Assembly (NCBI GenBank): GCA_002633005.1
Contig: NMRA01000110.1
Location: 1-64,000 of the forward strand
Length of the DNA: 64,000 bases
Reading direction: 5' to 3'
Source of the DNA: Phoronis australis
Lineage: Eukaryota; Animalia; Phoronida
Each line of letters starts with the position of its first letter. Position 1 is the stretch's first letter. Below the pieces are notes generated by a model. The model was not told the origin of the DNA. It made no database searches and saw nothing but the letters and a program-made list of their open reading frames with translations. Shown here piece after piece: positions 48,254 through 62,614 of the stretch. The position numbers were made by a program, and so were the translations under genes.

Positions 48254-51200
48254 ATGAACCACGAACAAGTTATTCAGGTGATTTCTAAGCCATCTCACCT
48301 GCGAACTAATAATGAAATCGAAGTTATACTTCCCTGGCTGAGGAAGAAAAGCAACTTGTTGGCTGGAATGAATAAAAGTGAGTCTTAATTACTTTTATAT
48401 TCGTACCTATTTTTGCTTCAGACTCCGAGGCTGACAACTGTTGGGCTGCTAATAATTAAAGTATGTTTGGTGGGTTTAGTATGTTGCGAGAGAGTTACTG
48501 TTTGACAATGCCGCATGTAATCCGCCACAGACCAATCTCCTCGACCTGATGCATTGGTGCCGTGAATGACTCAATACACACATGCATGTACATGGTATGT
48601 AGGGTGTCTTTATTAGATAGTGATCAAATTTTCTTTTCCTCCCTCCAAATGTTGAGAATTGGTCACCCTTCAGTCTCGATGGGTGTGGCTAATGAAGTAT
48701 AGCTATCTAACACACAACGTGCGTTATCAAAAGAAAGTTGGTCGCACAAACTGAACAAGTTTTGTCTTTACATTGCAAAAACATAGCAACAGCCATTTTC
48801 CACTTCTTCATGTGCAACATCTAATGACGACACAACGGTGAGACCGGTTAAGCGGTTATAATTCCTTACTAAGTGATTCGGGCAATACAGAAAATAGGGT
48901 TTGATTTAGGGTCACTTTTAGCTATAAAATTATATCAACTTTACTTTAACGAGGCATGCTTTCCAAGGTAGGGAGGAACCGTATCTGTTTGAGAATGCCT
49001 GCGATCTTGCTTCACCAATAAAATAAACCGACGTGACAAGTCAACGTATCGCGCCTGAGCTGAAACAGTAGCCAACTGTCAGTTCTGTACAAGCCCATGG
49101 ACCCCTACTGATATCAATAAGGAGTATATTTCAGACCAAATTTATAATGACAAGTGCCCTAAATCAAAAGTTAGTTGTTACTGAAAGATCGGTTTATACC
49201 CGCTTTAACGATGAGAGGGGCGGAACTTGGTATTCTGGGTAGTAAGGAAGAATAGTGACCTGATTTGACGTCAACACGAGAACAATGTGTTGTGTGGGAC
49301 GTAGATTAGAAATTGTTGACTTTTAACATCTTTCCTCTGACCTCAAATTTACAAAATTTGGGAGAGTCGTCGTCCGCCACTAGATGTTCACACATTCACA
49401 ATATTAACAGGTCACATTTTAAATATTATATGACTTGCTGTTGCAAATTTCAGAGCTTTAGTATTTTTACAGTGACGAAATGGTATATCGTAAACTTGCC
49501 TTGTTTTACCTTTTTGCACTCAGCGGCATTTATTAAAACTTTCAGATTGGCCGCTTGTGCATTTCAAAAGCGCTTATGTCGAGATCTTGCTTATGTTTAT
49601 ATTTCGATATTGTCCATGATATGCTTCAGTTGTCTCCCTACACGAAGACAAGTACTCAACTCTTGAATAGCCTGATCTGTGTTATTTGTTGTCGTTTCCC
49701 AACCTGGGGGGGAACTTTTTCAAGTTTTTTAACGAAGCATTCATAAAATGCTTGTTGAAACCACGGCAACCTTTAGTAGACGTAGTTAAGGAACCAGTAT
49801 TTAACGACGTAGTATTTCATGGTAATCATGGCGATAACGGTTTATATGTGAAATCATTGGCATTATTCTGCCAAATAGAGTCTTAAGTATGGTAAGTAAA
49901 CATTTGCCTGTTTTGCGTGTAGTGATGTTTTTTTTTTCTAAACGAATTAAAGGTTTGCGGTTCGTGACTGGATGAAACGGTTTATAAAAATAAACACGCT
50001 GTTAGAGTGAATAGAATTTCGTTGTGCCAGATCAAACATTTTTGTTCAGCGCCCAAAGCTAATGGTTGTCAAGTCAAACCTTCACTGGAAGAAAATTTGT
50101 ATGATGTCAAATAAAATAATATTTGCGAATACTTTGTTGTGACGTCAGTACACAATCCAAGCATGCATAAGACGACACTAACTTTGTTAGCGCCTTGTGC
50201 CCTACATGTGCTGTAGAGCATCATCCCTACATGTGCTGTAGAGCATCATCCCTACATGTGCTGTAGAGCATCATCCCTACATGTGCTGTAGAGCATCATC
50301 CCTACACTTGTATGGAGACATTTAAACCGAAAATTGACTTTTTAAATTTTAATCACCAGTTTGTTCCTTCTCCCTTTTCCTCCGGAACATTTCACGTTGC
50401 AGTGAGAATTGGTCATGCACTACCAATGACCAGGGGTGACCTTCTAGGTGACCAGAAAGGCATAAATCACTTTTGTGCTGGCCACCTGCACCACCAGCGG
50501 TTCTTTCCCATGGGGTCTACTGTTTAACGGGGTGTGCCATTGGGAAATTAGAATGGAACACGGCTCTTTTAAAGATTAAGCGCACTAAACGGAACCCCCT
50601 TTCTATGAAAGTAACTTTTTCTTTTTAGCGTTTCCGCCATAATGTTTTTCTTTTGAAAGGAGTTTCAACTCGGCAAAATTCTTCTTTATTGAATTTCACT
50701 TAAATAAACAACCCTTTTGACTGCATTTGTTTCAACACAACCAATTTCAATAAAATGTCAAACCCTTCTGTCGATTTCTGTCACTGTTGCAAGAATAAAT
50801 CCTTTTGTAAAGCTACCACCAAAATTGATTTCCTTTATAACGGGGAATTTAATCATAAAAAGCGTTCTTTCTTAGGGAATATTGGCAGTAAAAAAGTCCC
50901 CATTCGAGTGTTACCCCCCGTATGCGCCACCCAACTAAGCCCCCCAGCAGTGTCCCACTGTGAAGCCACCTTGTATCCTCTTTTCAACAGGCCCCTTAGA
51001 GCTTTCGCTACTCTGAGCATACATGTATGTTCCATTGTATTTGACCTCCATCTCTAGACCTAGAGACGGTTTTATCAAACGTCCAGTCTTTGCTAAGAAT
51101 GACGTAACAGAGTTCATTAAGGTGGCTCGTGAAAGCGGTCGTTATGTCTGAATATGAACAACTATCTACTTGACGTCATTTGCACCCTTTTCGATCTTCC

Positions 51201-54200
51201 AAATGCGCGGTAGCGTTGCGTTTACAATAGTGTACTGCGACCGAACTTACTAGATTTTCGAGAAACGAGCCTCTAGTGTTAAACAGCAATGCTGAAACAT
51301 TGAACAACCTGCATTTAGTTTTCTCCAGACGAATAAACGTTGCAAATGAAAATCTAATGTCTGACTACTTACACAACACAACAATATCTCACATTTTGAT
51401 TTTAACACGTTTGCTGTAAACCTACCTTCCCCACAAGCATTTTAAGACTACTTGTTGCTATAAACTTCATTTAGACTACTGATCGCTATAAATTCAATAT
51501 CAGCTTGTTCTTTACTCGACCATTTCTGGATTAGGAAAGAGCTGACAATGCGATGTAAGTGCTTATTAGACCGCGCTGGTTCGCCAACAACCCAACTTAC
51601 TTAGATTGATCCCGAAGTAATAACGTTACTCCAGACCTTGAAACTTTTTGATCTGAACGAGGAAGAAGGTCAGGTTGGTTCTAACTGTCTAACTGTAGGT
51701 GCCTAAGTTCAAAATTCTATTTTGAGGGATTGTGACTTTATAGACGCTTACGTTTCATGCGCGCATCCACCCTAAAATTTAGAGGGGGGTCGAGTTTTTC
51801 AGTATCTGGAACTTTTACTGACTGTGACTAAAAAAAAACAAAAAAAAAACGGGGTTCTACGTTCAGACCAATGGATTGTGCATTTGCGCCGAATTCCTGT
51901 GGACTATGGATGGTGTATTCGCGCCGATTTTCCGTGGACCTTTGTCTCGTTTTCTTGGAAATATTGTTTATCTTACGCGGACCTTCTTGCCCACTTCACC
52001 AAATGGGGCGGCTCGTTGGAGACCTCCCCTTGGTGCGGGCATGCGTTTAAATAGTATTCTGTCTACGCACTTCGTAAACGAGTACAACTAATTGGAGCAT
52101 GTAGACACGTGTTCTGAGAGACGTTTCAAGCGTCGTACACGATTTGTCAGTTATGTACGCCCGATTTTGCTACGACTTTCATTCGACTCAGGATAAGTCG
52201 TATACTACTCCTGGATCACATCGAAGTGTGTAGACAAGACTTTAGTGTTGTTAACACGAAATGTGTCACTAAATTTTATTGTGTCATGAACGCATACTCT
52301 CATATCATAATTGTGTCATGAACGCATACTCTCATATCATAATTGTGTCATGAACGCATACTCTCATATCATAATTGTGTCATGAACGCATACTCTCATA
52401 TCATAATTGTGTCATGAACGCATACTCTCATATCATAATTGTGTTATGAACGCATACTCTCATATCATAATTGTGTCATGAACGCATACTCTCATATCAT
52501 AATTGTGTCATGAACGCATACTCTCATATCATAATTGTGTCATGAAAGCATACTCTCATATCATAATTGTGTCATGAAAGCATACTCTCATATCATAATT
52601 GCGGAGAGAAGAGCAACTAATTCTTTAAAGTGTGAACAGATACTTTTCGAATTTTTAGAATAAATCTGAGAGGCAGTGATGCCCGAGAGGTACATGTGTA
52701 CATCTAATCTTAATTATTTGTTGGTCCATGTTTCGTACTTGGTCATGTTTCCATGAGTACTATCGACCCAGGGTCATCGCCTAGAGATTCGTGAATTTTG
52801 CCCATCTGATAATTTGTTTTGCTATCAATATTACCTCCGCCAACATCAATTCACCTTTTTAACAGGCAGACATCGCTAGTTGACTACAATATTTCAGCGA
52901 GGTGTGTTCTGAATGGAGTTAAATAAAAAACCGCATTTCCATTATACAATATTTGCCTTGCCGTTTACTTGTTCTGTTGTAAAGACTGCTTTTGCATACA
53001 CAATGTAAACACATTTGAGTTCTCTAAAGAACGAGTTCTGTTTGCAAAGTGTCAACACGATTTTTATGTGGTTATTTTTCAACAAACCAGAATACACGAC
53101 AGGTAAAACACCAATGTTCGCTCTTTGAGCATGACCACACAGAGCAAAATAAATGACAGATGATAAAACACCCGTGTTCGCTCCTTGAGCATGACGTTTT
53201 CGTCGACAATTATCCTGAGAATGATCTACAGTTAAATGTAACCGGCATCCAAAACCCAGATCCCAGATTTAAGCTTTGTTAAAGTCGGAAGGAGTTTCAA
53301 CCTGTTATACTTTAATTCGATAGATTAGATTTCGGTCCGAGTATAGGTGAATACGTGTCCCAAGTTAGCACTTAATGACTCTGACATCAAGACTCCAACT
53401 TTCGAAAATCTCGTATTGGAGCTGGAGTTGGTAGCTTAAGTCAAGTGCTACGTATGGCTTATACACCCCTCTACATAATTCACAAGGTACACTTCAGTGC
53501 ACCTGTAAATAGGAACTACACATGCCTTGTGTTTAAACTGAAGAACAACGGAAAATGTCAAAAGCAAGTTGCAGTTTGGATATCGGGTCTAATTTCAGTT
53601 TCACTGTTGTTTGACGCCATTAAATGCTCTTTGCAGACGTAATCCTGGACGTTGTACGCGGATGCCAGCACCAGAGGTCGCCAAAAGAGGAGGTGGTTAT
53701 AAAACAAGGCGATAAGGGTGATTGGTAAGAAAAGTTTTAATCGTAAAAGTAACGACAATGCGAAGACGCACAGACAAAGTTTAAGACGGACTAAATTCAA
53801 AAAGAATGCAGGCGACATCATTTATATCTTTTGTAAAAAGGGGCACTCTGTGGCTCTTTGTGAACTTACTTTAGCATACGATTTATAACTTTGCAAGATG
53901 TTTTGACTAAAAAAGTGTCACTCCACGGTCGTTTCTTAAAAAATACCTTTACAGGCACAATAGTTTCCGATAGACATTAATCAAGCGGCAAAAAATTCGT
54001 GTTCCATCGAAGAAACTAACTTGGTGTCAACCTTGTCCTCAGTCAGATGAGCAGTCAAGTTTGGTCTTGTAAAAGCTGTCAATTCGGTATCTCTCGAAAC
54101 CATGCTTAGGATGTTCCATCAAAATTCGAATCCTAGTGTAAAGCAGATATCCTGGAGTCAAAAACGGATTCACGAACCTTTAAAACAACTAACCAGCCCG

Positions 54201-56715
54201 AAAAACACGAACCGTGACATTTAAAACTCGAACCCCGAACTTTAAAACAGGAACCCGGGGATAGGTCAAGAAACCCGGACAACTTTTCAAATTTTCTGAG
54301 ACGATTTCAGTGGCTTCAAACTTTGATTTAAAGCATCTTCAAGTACTTTCAAGTTGTTTTATGCATTTGTTTGTTAAAAATTGTCAATAATAAAACGTAA
54401 CTTATAGTATATTATATTGACTTTGCTATTTTGATTTTTATCAGTAAAACTCGTGCAACTTGTGGGTGAATTTCAATATAATATGTACTCTCAACACGTT
54501 GTTATCTGGGTGAATGTTTAGTTAATTTTAGATTATTCAACAGTTTCTCCAAAAATATTAACAAGCAAACATATTATTTCGACTTTCGAGTGCCGTCGTT
54601 GATTAGTTCCTTTAAATGTCTTTACAATTGGGAGGATTTTAGGGTTTGTCGATTTATTTGTCAAGAGAACATTATTTCCGGCACAATCAATTTCCGGATT
54701 TGGAAATGGGCTGCCTAAAATTATTCACTCAAAAGACCTGCACAGTCACCAAATTCACCGCCGCTCTTACCCTTATAAAAGTGTACTTCAATTCATCATC
54801 GGTCATTTGGAATTGGATCCTGAACTCAATGCATGCACAGTCAGTTTTCTTGAGAATGTTCGACAGAAAGTGCTGGAGTAGTGTTTCATTCCCCTGCTGT
54901 CCTGTCCGATCCCCGGGGTTCCTGTCTTAAAAGCCAGCGTTCGTGTTTTCCGAGCTGGTTAGCTGTTTTGAAGATGAGGCGTCTTTTTTTCGACCCCGGA
55001 ATATCTGGTTTACACCGGGATTCCAATTTCGATGGAAGAGCTTGATGTTAGGCGAATATAATAACAGCCAACTTATAAAGCTTTGTCTCAAGCAGTAACC
55101 AACTGTCACTTCTTTCCAAATTCAGAAATCACGTTCACCAATTTTGACTAAGAACCAAATCGAGACCACGTTCATAAGAGTATTTGATTTGAAAAAAATT
55201 ACTTTTGCGACGGAAGGCTGTCTCATAACTGCTTTAACCGAATTGTAGAGTTGTAATAACGATTCACAAGAACGGATGAACTGAAACGCAGTTTCATTTT
55301 TCTTACTGTTTCAGCTTTTACATCATCTTGAAAGGATTGGTATCAGTATATATAGACGCTAAAATATCTGGTGAAGATGAAACAGGACCCAAGGATGACG
55401 AAGAAGAAGCTAAAAAGAAAGAAGAAGAATCCAAGCAAAAGCAAGACGACAAAGAGCAAGAGGAAAATAAAGACGAGGGCAGCAAACAGAATGAAGCGTC
55501 CCCTGCCAGTGAAGGAACAGGGCAGGACAATGGAAACAAGCCTACGCAAACTGAAAATAACCCCAAACCCACACCCGTTCCGCTTGTAAAGAAGAGAACC
55601 CTGTCAAATTTTGCAAAGAAATTTGCAAACCAGCAACGGCAGAAGAAGCACGATGAAAGAAAAACACTGGGGAAGTTCATTGTTCGCTTTGGTAAGATTT
55701 GTGCATGCTTTTTAACGATCCCTGTTCATGTCTTGATCCTGTAAAACAGTACGTAATGAAATGACTAATAGCTTGGCCTTAAAATTATGCTTTTCGCGTG
55801 CTCCAGGGGCTCGTTCCGTATATCCTCCGTATATCCTTGACACTCACTAGGCACTTGCGGCTAGACATGTTGGCTTTATGGAGAAGACACATACGTGTAA
55901 TTGTACACACAAGTGAAAAAATTCTGCTACTTTGCTAAAGGTCATGGGCGTAACAATACAATAGGTATTCAATTGCGTCATTTTGTGTAGTATAGCGTGT
56001 TTTTCGCGAGTGTCTTGCGTCTACAGAGCGCACCCCAGACATGCTTTGGCCTCAAGAGCCGGGCAATTATATTATCTTTCACCACACCACTTCCAACTTC
56101 ATTGTGCTATTTTTTACATTAATATTATTCTTATTTTCATGTCTAGCATTAATATTATTCTTATTTTCATGTCTAGCATATAAACAGGGTGCCTCAAAAT
56201 ATACTCAGACTTCAGTACAACGCCGGGAGTTCAAATTCAGTTCCCTTGGTTCCGCGCCTAGTACTGTGTGGTTACACCTGGCTGTGACAGTAGGCGCGTG
56301 AACCGGCAGTGCTCTGTATGTAGAGAAATGGCAAACAAACGACTCCGTTTTGGAGAACGAAAAATTATCGAGCAGTGATACTGGAAACTCAAAGAGTGCG
56401 AGGAACTCCTAAGACTGTTTTTCCCACGTTAATAAACGAGACATTTATTTTAATTTAAAGACTTAATTCCTTTTTGATCACCCGTGTATAGAAACAGAAA
56501 CTTTAACTAGTAACCATGCTCTTACGTCAATAAACAACGCAGTAACTGCCGTTTCAAGCGTTAATACATCCGTACATACATACATATTATACACACATAC
56601 AGACATTTATACAATACACGCAAACACATACGCACACGCACGCACACACACGCGCATGCACGCACATACACTGTACATATATACATACATACATACATAC
56701 ATACAGACATACAAA

Positions 56716-56765
<50 letters not shown>

Positions 56766-59700
56766 AGGACCTTACTAGATGTATACAATTAAACATGTAA
56801 AACTCTTTTGTTTTAATCTGCTTTACTTTCTTTGAAATTTTTGAGAAATGATTTCCATTCCCCCTTTTCACAATTGCTTTCTTAACAGAAACGGGCCGCA
56901 GCTTTGGAGAAATTGCCCTACTGAGCGAAGACAACGTGCGAAACGCGTCGATCATCACGGACGACGACACTGACTTCTTGGTGATACACAGGGACCTCTA
57001 TAACAGTACACTCAAGGTCAGTGATGGTGCTCACCAAGGGGAACAGGAAGCCCCACGTAATTAGTACGGGAATTAAACTTGTCACAAAGGGGATTTGAAT
57101 TGACATGAGAAGCACATGATTGTGAGACGGGGTGATATTTTGTGAGACGGGGTGATATTTTGTGAGACGGGGTGATATTTTGTGAGACGGGGTGATATTT
57201 TGTGAGACGGGGTGATATTTTGGGAAAGAAGCTGGAGCGCAGGGAAACTGAGGGTGTTCGGCGAAAACTGGTTACGAGCGGGGACTGAATTAACGCATCC
57301 TAGTGCGGGGTGCGGGGGATGATTGGCAGATGACCGTTGAAGAGGTGGAGGATGGAATTAGTGTAGTCAAGGTCAGTTGCTTGTAGTCAGGGTCAGTTGC
57401 GTGTAGTCAGGGTCAGTTGCTTTCAATATTTTCATATTTCTACTTACTTGAAGCAGTATATAAAAAGGCCATTTTATAATAGGAATGTTATTCGTTGCTA
57501 TAAACCCTCCTTGCACCAGGAATGCACCTTTTGCTTTTGATTAAGATCTCTTTATCTCGCCATCTGTTGTCAAATTGTTTATTTCTCAGACTGTAAGTGA
57601 ATTGTGAGCTTGGGAAGAGCTGGCAATTTTTTAGTGGTTCAGAGCAGGCTCACGGTGTTAAAATATCACAGCGTGTCAGTCTATTGGTTCAGAGCAGGCT
57701 TACGGTATTGAAATATCACAACGTGTCAGCCTATGCTCCGATTCTGGCCTTTTAAGACCAGCCCCGATGTCTAAAGTGAGTAGAGAACACTCTGAAACCC
57801 GTTTTTATTATAGTTATAAGAAGCCTGAACCCAAAGTGGAAAGAGGGCAGTTTTAGGCAGCTTTAAATCCTAAGCTAGCCCCATTTTGTACAAAACGATT
57901 AATTCTGCACCAAGCACCGAATATGCGCCAGAGTTATAACGGGACAGTAAGGAATGAAGTATACAGTTAATTGATACCCGGAGAGCTTGATGTAATTAAG
58001 TATTTCCGAGGCATGCAATCAATGTCAAAACGGCGAGTTTCGTCGTAGTATAAAAATCATGTCGCTTATAACCTGATGACGTATCTCCATTTAAAGTGGT
58101 AAAATCTATGTCTATGATGACATTTTCAATCCTTACAGGCCTTCCAGGAAAAAGAATTTCGAGAAGTTAAAGAGTTTATTGACAGTCAACCGCTATTCTT
58201 CAACTGGCCGCCGAAATTTCTGAGTCTCTTGCAAATGAGCATGCGCAAAGAGACCTTCAGTATCCGGTCACCTATCGTAACGCAAGGGGATGAAGTAGAC
58301 GGTCTCATTTTTATAACCAGGTAATCTGCATTTTTATTCTGCATTGTAGCTAACACCTTTGCTGCTGAGTCACAGAGAAAGACTTTTTGAGTTGATTGCC
58401 ACTATACATTGAAAGGTGCAATAACCCATTATCTTTTGTCAAAAACAAAGTTGGATTTAGGCCAGTTGCCGTCGTGATAAAACTGGCATCAGCTTGTACG
58501 TTACTTTAATTAGAAATTCTTAGACTTGAGGATCGAGACACGACGGTAGACCATTGCTTCAGATCGTGCTCATTAAGTTCCCTTTCACGACGGCTTAGTT
58601 TCTGTCGGCCAAATTAGCAGTTATGCCAACAAGGCAATTTTAGGCCTTTTATTGTAACCGATTTCGATTCAGACCAAAGATAGCCTCCGAAGGTTAAATT
58701 TGTTGGTGAAAAAATCTTTGTTTTCTGACACCAGAATATGGTTTATACCGGTTGTACGCTGCGTCCTTGGTGTCAGATAACTAAGAAGCTTTCCTTCGGA
58801 AGCAAAGGCATCTATCTCTACTGCAGCCCTACTGTTGTATGCGTAGTTTGCTTTGCCAAGAAATAAACAAAGAAAAGAAAATACGCTAAAAACCAAATGT
58901 TTTTTATTTCAGCGGGGAATCAAAAGTTGTTGTGGAGCCGACAAGACATCGCAGTCAGTACCCTGAAAGATGGCCGTTTAAAGACAAATACGCAGTTTTT
59001 GAAGATGACGACTTTATGAGGTAGAAAAATCATTCACTTATAGTGTGCTACTAAAAATATAGAAAAAAATCAACGCCAATTTTCAAATCAACGCCAATTT
59101 TCAAATCAACGCCAATTTTCAAATCAACGCCAATTTTCAAATCAACGCCAATTTTCAAATCAACGCCAATTTTCAAATCAACGTAAGTATTTAAGATTAC
59201 AGTGTGACTAACAACAGTGTATCGGGATGGTTTAAGAAAAACTATTTCTTCACAACTTGAAACTGGCATTTGGTAAATTCCACTGACCTGGTTTCTCCTA
59301 CAAAACGATCAATAGGATTATGAAGTACTGGTATCTTTTAGGTCAAGATTTGGGAAATCTAGTGCTCATGGCAAAAAGCCGCGGAAAAGAAGTGCAAAGC
59401 CGATCAAGCAAAAGCAGATAACTTTGAGGCGCAACCAAGGATATGCGGCAGCTGAGAAAAAGGTAAACGGTTTTTATAGTAACTTGAGTTGAAACACTAA
59501 GGCAGATCCAGAAAATTCAGAATCATTGCCTTTACAATCAGCATGAGTTTAAACGTCACGCCATTGAAGCCGAAAATCACGAGACTTCACAACTGACAGT
59601 TGCTACAATGAAAGCTTTTGAAACATCGGATTTTGTGCTAAAGCCGATGACCTGATTTTAAAAGAACATCCAAGTACATTACTAAGGCCTGTGGCTGACT

Positions 59701-62614
59701 CTGTGTCTAGATCTTTGAGTGCTTCTGGATTAGACAATATTAGCAAAATAAAATTGTGACTGTCGTTACATTACTGTTATAAAGTGTCAAAAAATAGCAC
59801 ATATGAGACAATCCTTGTCGTGTTGTCAGATTCCGCGTCTTCTTTTACAGGCTTTTCAAAAATCTCACGAGCTGTACTTCCTTGTAAAAGGCGATATTAT
59901 TGGCGACACAGAGACAGTGATGAATCTATCCACGCATGCGCACACCGTGATGTGCACGTCTGAGACTCAAGCGTACATATTAGACTCTAAGAATTACGAC
60001 AGACTCATCACAAAGAAAAACCCAGAGACATCTGCGTTATTACGAGATTTGGTTGAAATAAAGCTGAGGAACAGGATTTCAACTCCACAAGGCTCGCAAA
60101 TACCCTTGCTGAGACATTTGTATTTCGACTTGACTCAGAAAACTGAAGAAGTCGTTAATAAGCATCTCATAGCTCGTAACTCAAAAGAGCTTCCCGACAA
60201 GGAAATTCTTCTTCAGCATTTACTCGATTGGTTTATTCACTGGAAGGCACCGTTAATTCAGCCATATGTACCAGGGAATGTGTATTACAAAAACTTAATG
60301 CAAGAGCGGGCGCGCATTCGCGCCAACGTTCGACAGCAGCAAATGAAAATGGAGCGTCGACCTACAGTTGCTTTGCTTCCAAATTCCTTACGCAAGCAGT
60401 TTGATGAACGTAAGCCACGCAGCATAAGTGCTCTTAAAGACGCTATGAAGAAATTGCGTAGTGATAAAGTCAGTGATATTCTTAGCCCTCGCAGAGAGTT
60501 TCTGTACAGAGGCATTAAGGAAGAAGACGAGCTCAATGAAGAAGAGAAAGCTGACAGCAAGCGCCCCACCGGAGAGTCGAGTCAACGTAAAAATTTATTA
60601 GGGCTTCCAGAGTTTGAGAGACGAAAGGACTCGGTGGTCCGATTTCAAGAAGAACAGGGAAATGTGAAAGCCGATGACAATGCGGAAGTAATAGAGCAAA
60701 TAACTATTGCCAACTCAGCAGATTTCGAAGAATCGCGGACAGAAGGCCTAAATAACGCCACAGAGGTGCGCAGTGAGCCTGTCTTTATAACGGAGCAGGC
60801 GAATTATAAGAACATTCTCCCCACAATTCTCGGCGATCGTGAGCCGAGACATAATCCTGCCAAAACGTCACAAGCTGAGCATGATAATGAACTCAATTTG
60901 CCTACGATTAGTGGAAACTCGTCGAGGTTGAAATTCTACAGCCAGTACGTGAGGCAAAATCTTACTCCTGAGGAATACGAATCAGATGAAGACGACGAAT
61001 CAGGCTTCAGAGACTACGAAACTAGTGATAGCACTCTTACTTTCCTGGAGAAACGCCTCCAGAATTTCCTTGCAAAGAATAATGGTACTTCCCCTGGGAA
61101 CACTTTAGAGGATAACCCGCGGCACGAAATCAACTTGCCAAAACTCAAACGATTCTCGTGTGAGGTTAGTGCGTTTTTGAAACCAGTTTCAGGTTTGTAG
61201 ACGGGAGTGGGTCCCCTTTTGAAATTGTATCGGCACTCTTTTCTGTGCTAAAAAAATCAAGTTCAGTACATCGACAGATATCCATTGCCGCACAAAAGTG
61301 ATTATAAACACCAGGGGAGATAATAGCACTTGCAGTGCTGACCATTTTATTCTTAATTCTGGAGAGCAGCGATATTTCGTAGCACATAATGCCTTATCAG
61401 ATCCAGTTGAGTAAGCGCCATGTCGAGTACACATTACCGGTCTACGTATACGATCAAGGTTAAGTTGAAGACAACAACTTATTCCCCCATTTTTCAGATA
61501 AATTTTCGTCCTCACGTACACTGTTTGTGCATTTTGGATACGTAAAAACGTTAAAAAGAACATGCTGACAACGAGTGGAACTGCGATTTTCTGTTTTGAT
61601 AGAGTAGCGTCTGGTTACTGATGAGTAATGTTGCCGCTCGTCTTCATCATGATACCAAAATTCAATGTTTTAAATTGCGTTCATGGTTGTCGCTTTCATA
61701 TTATTCGGTTGAATGGAAAGCTTATTCATAAAGATGACTCGTGAAAGCAAATGTATCTAAATTGTTTTGATAATTGAGCGTGCCACAAGTTATCGCCGTT
61801 CTTTGCGTTTTACCACGTGTCGTTCAGCAAAAATGTAGTCAGGACGAGCCACTTGGTAACGGTAGTGAGAGGATCGAGACTACTACCGTCCGGAAACTAC
61901 ATGTATATTGACGTCACCTCTCAGTTATCGAGTTGCTCCATGTCATTCCAGAAGTGCATTAAAATTGTTCGAGAGAAACTTTATCTGACAATCAATGATA
62001 GGCATTCTGTTTTCATTTGATGACACAATTTTGATTTCATAATTCAATATTTAATAGATCACTGGATGCCATCTGTTAGTTGATATATAAATTATTCTGA
62101 TTATTAAAGTAACAAGTGACCACTATCACAAACACTAGCACCATAGCCTCCTTTACAACCGTGTCTTGCACATCACAACCATCGCCATCAGCACGACCAG
62201 CACCAGCACTATCATTACCATAACTTACTTACCACCACCATCACCATCACAACCAATACCAACACTGTCACTGAAACAAATTCAGTCACAAAGGGAGTGA
62301 ATGTCAAAGCACTCCATTAACTGATTTCCTCCATTTCGTTTACGTAGAACCCAACGCTGAACGCGCCGAGGAAGGGTGGTCGAGTGATGGTCAAGAAGCA
62401 CACGTGCAAGTTTGCCCACTGCAACTTTGTGGTAAAAGGACACAGACATTCCAAGTACTTCATGGTCGACGAGCTTCCTCTGTCTGCCAACCACAGATAT
62501 AGTGAAAAGCGGGTGAAACAAGCTCAGATGGTGATGAACGTTCTTATGGGAGGAGTGCTTCCTGGAAGGAAGTCTCAGAGTGCCAAAACAACCAAAAGCA
62601 GCGTGCCTACCTAA
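48254..62614 (+). CDS. Cyclic nucleotide-binding domain protein with two CNBDs (CNBD2-like) and a long charged C-terminal region; 9 coding exons
   Basis: Exons 48254(ATG)-48377, 53637-53724, 55315-55691, 56889-57016, 58139-58320, 58913-59020, 59342-59462, 59851-61164, 62348-62614 (TAA), phases consistent. CNBD-A: VVIKQGDKGDCFYIILKGLVSVY ... GRSFGEIALLSEDNVRNASII. CNBD-B: IVTQGDEVDGLIFITSGESKV ... GDIIGDTE. Start codon uncertain; a probable upstream exon ends at CAG|GTGAGT (46515). Confidence 0.9.
50200..50306. repeat. 25-bp tandem repeat (CCCTACATGTGCTGTAGAGCATCAT), about 4 copies
   Basis: Periodicity seen directly. Confidence 0.95.
52278..52601. repeat. 32-bp minisatellite (ATTGTGTCATGAACGCATACTCTCATATCATA), about 10 copies
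   Basis: Periodicity seen directly. Confidence 0.96.
56117..56179. repeat. 30-bp tandem duplication (CATTAATATTATTCTTATTTTCATGTCTAG x2)
   Basis: Seen directly. Confidence 0.9.
56563..56764. repeat. Compound (CATA)n/(CA)n microsatellite
   Basis: Seen directly. Confidence 0.95.
57120..57221. repeat. 20-bp tandem repeat (TTGTGAGACGGGGTGATATT), 5 copies
   Basis: Periodicity seen directly. Confidence 0.95.
57361..57420. repeat. 20-bp tandem repeat (GTGTAGTCAGGGTCAGTTGC), 3 copies
   Basis: Periodicity seen directly. Confidence 0.9.
57635..57733. repeat. 50-bp tandem duplication (TGGTTCAGAGCAGGCT...GTGTCAG.CTAT)
   Basis: Two diverged copies seen directly. Confidence 0.85.
59067..59182. repeat. 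18-bp tandem repeat (AAATCAACGCCAATTTTC), about 6 copies
   Basis: Periodicity seen directly. Confidence 0.95.
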
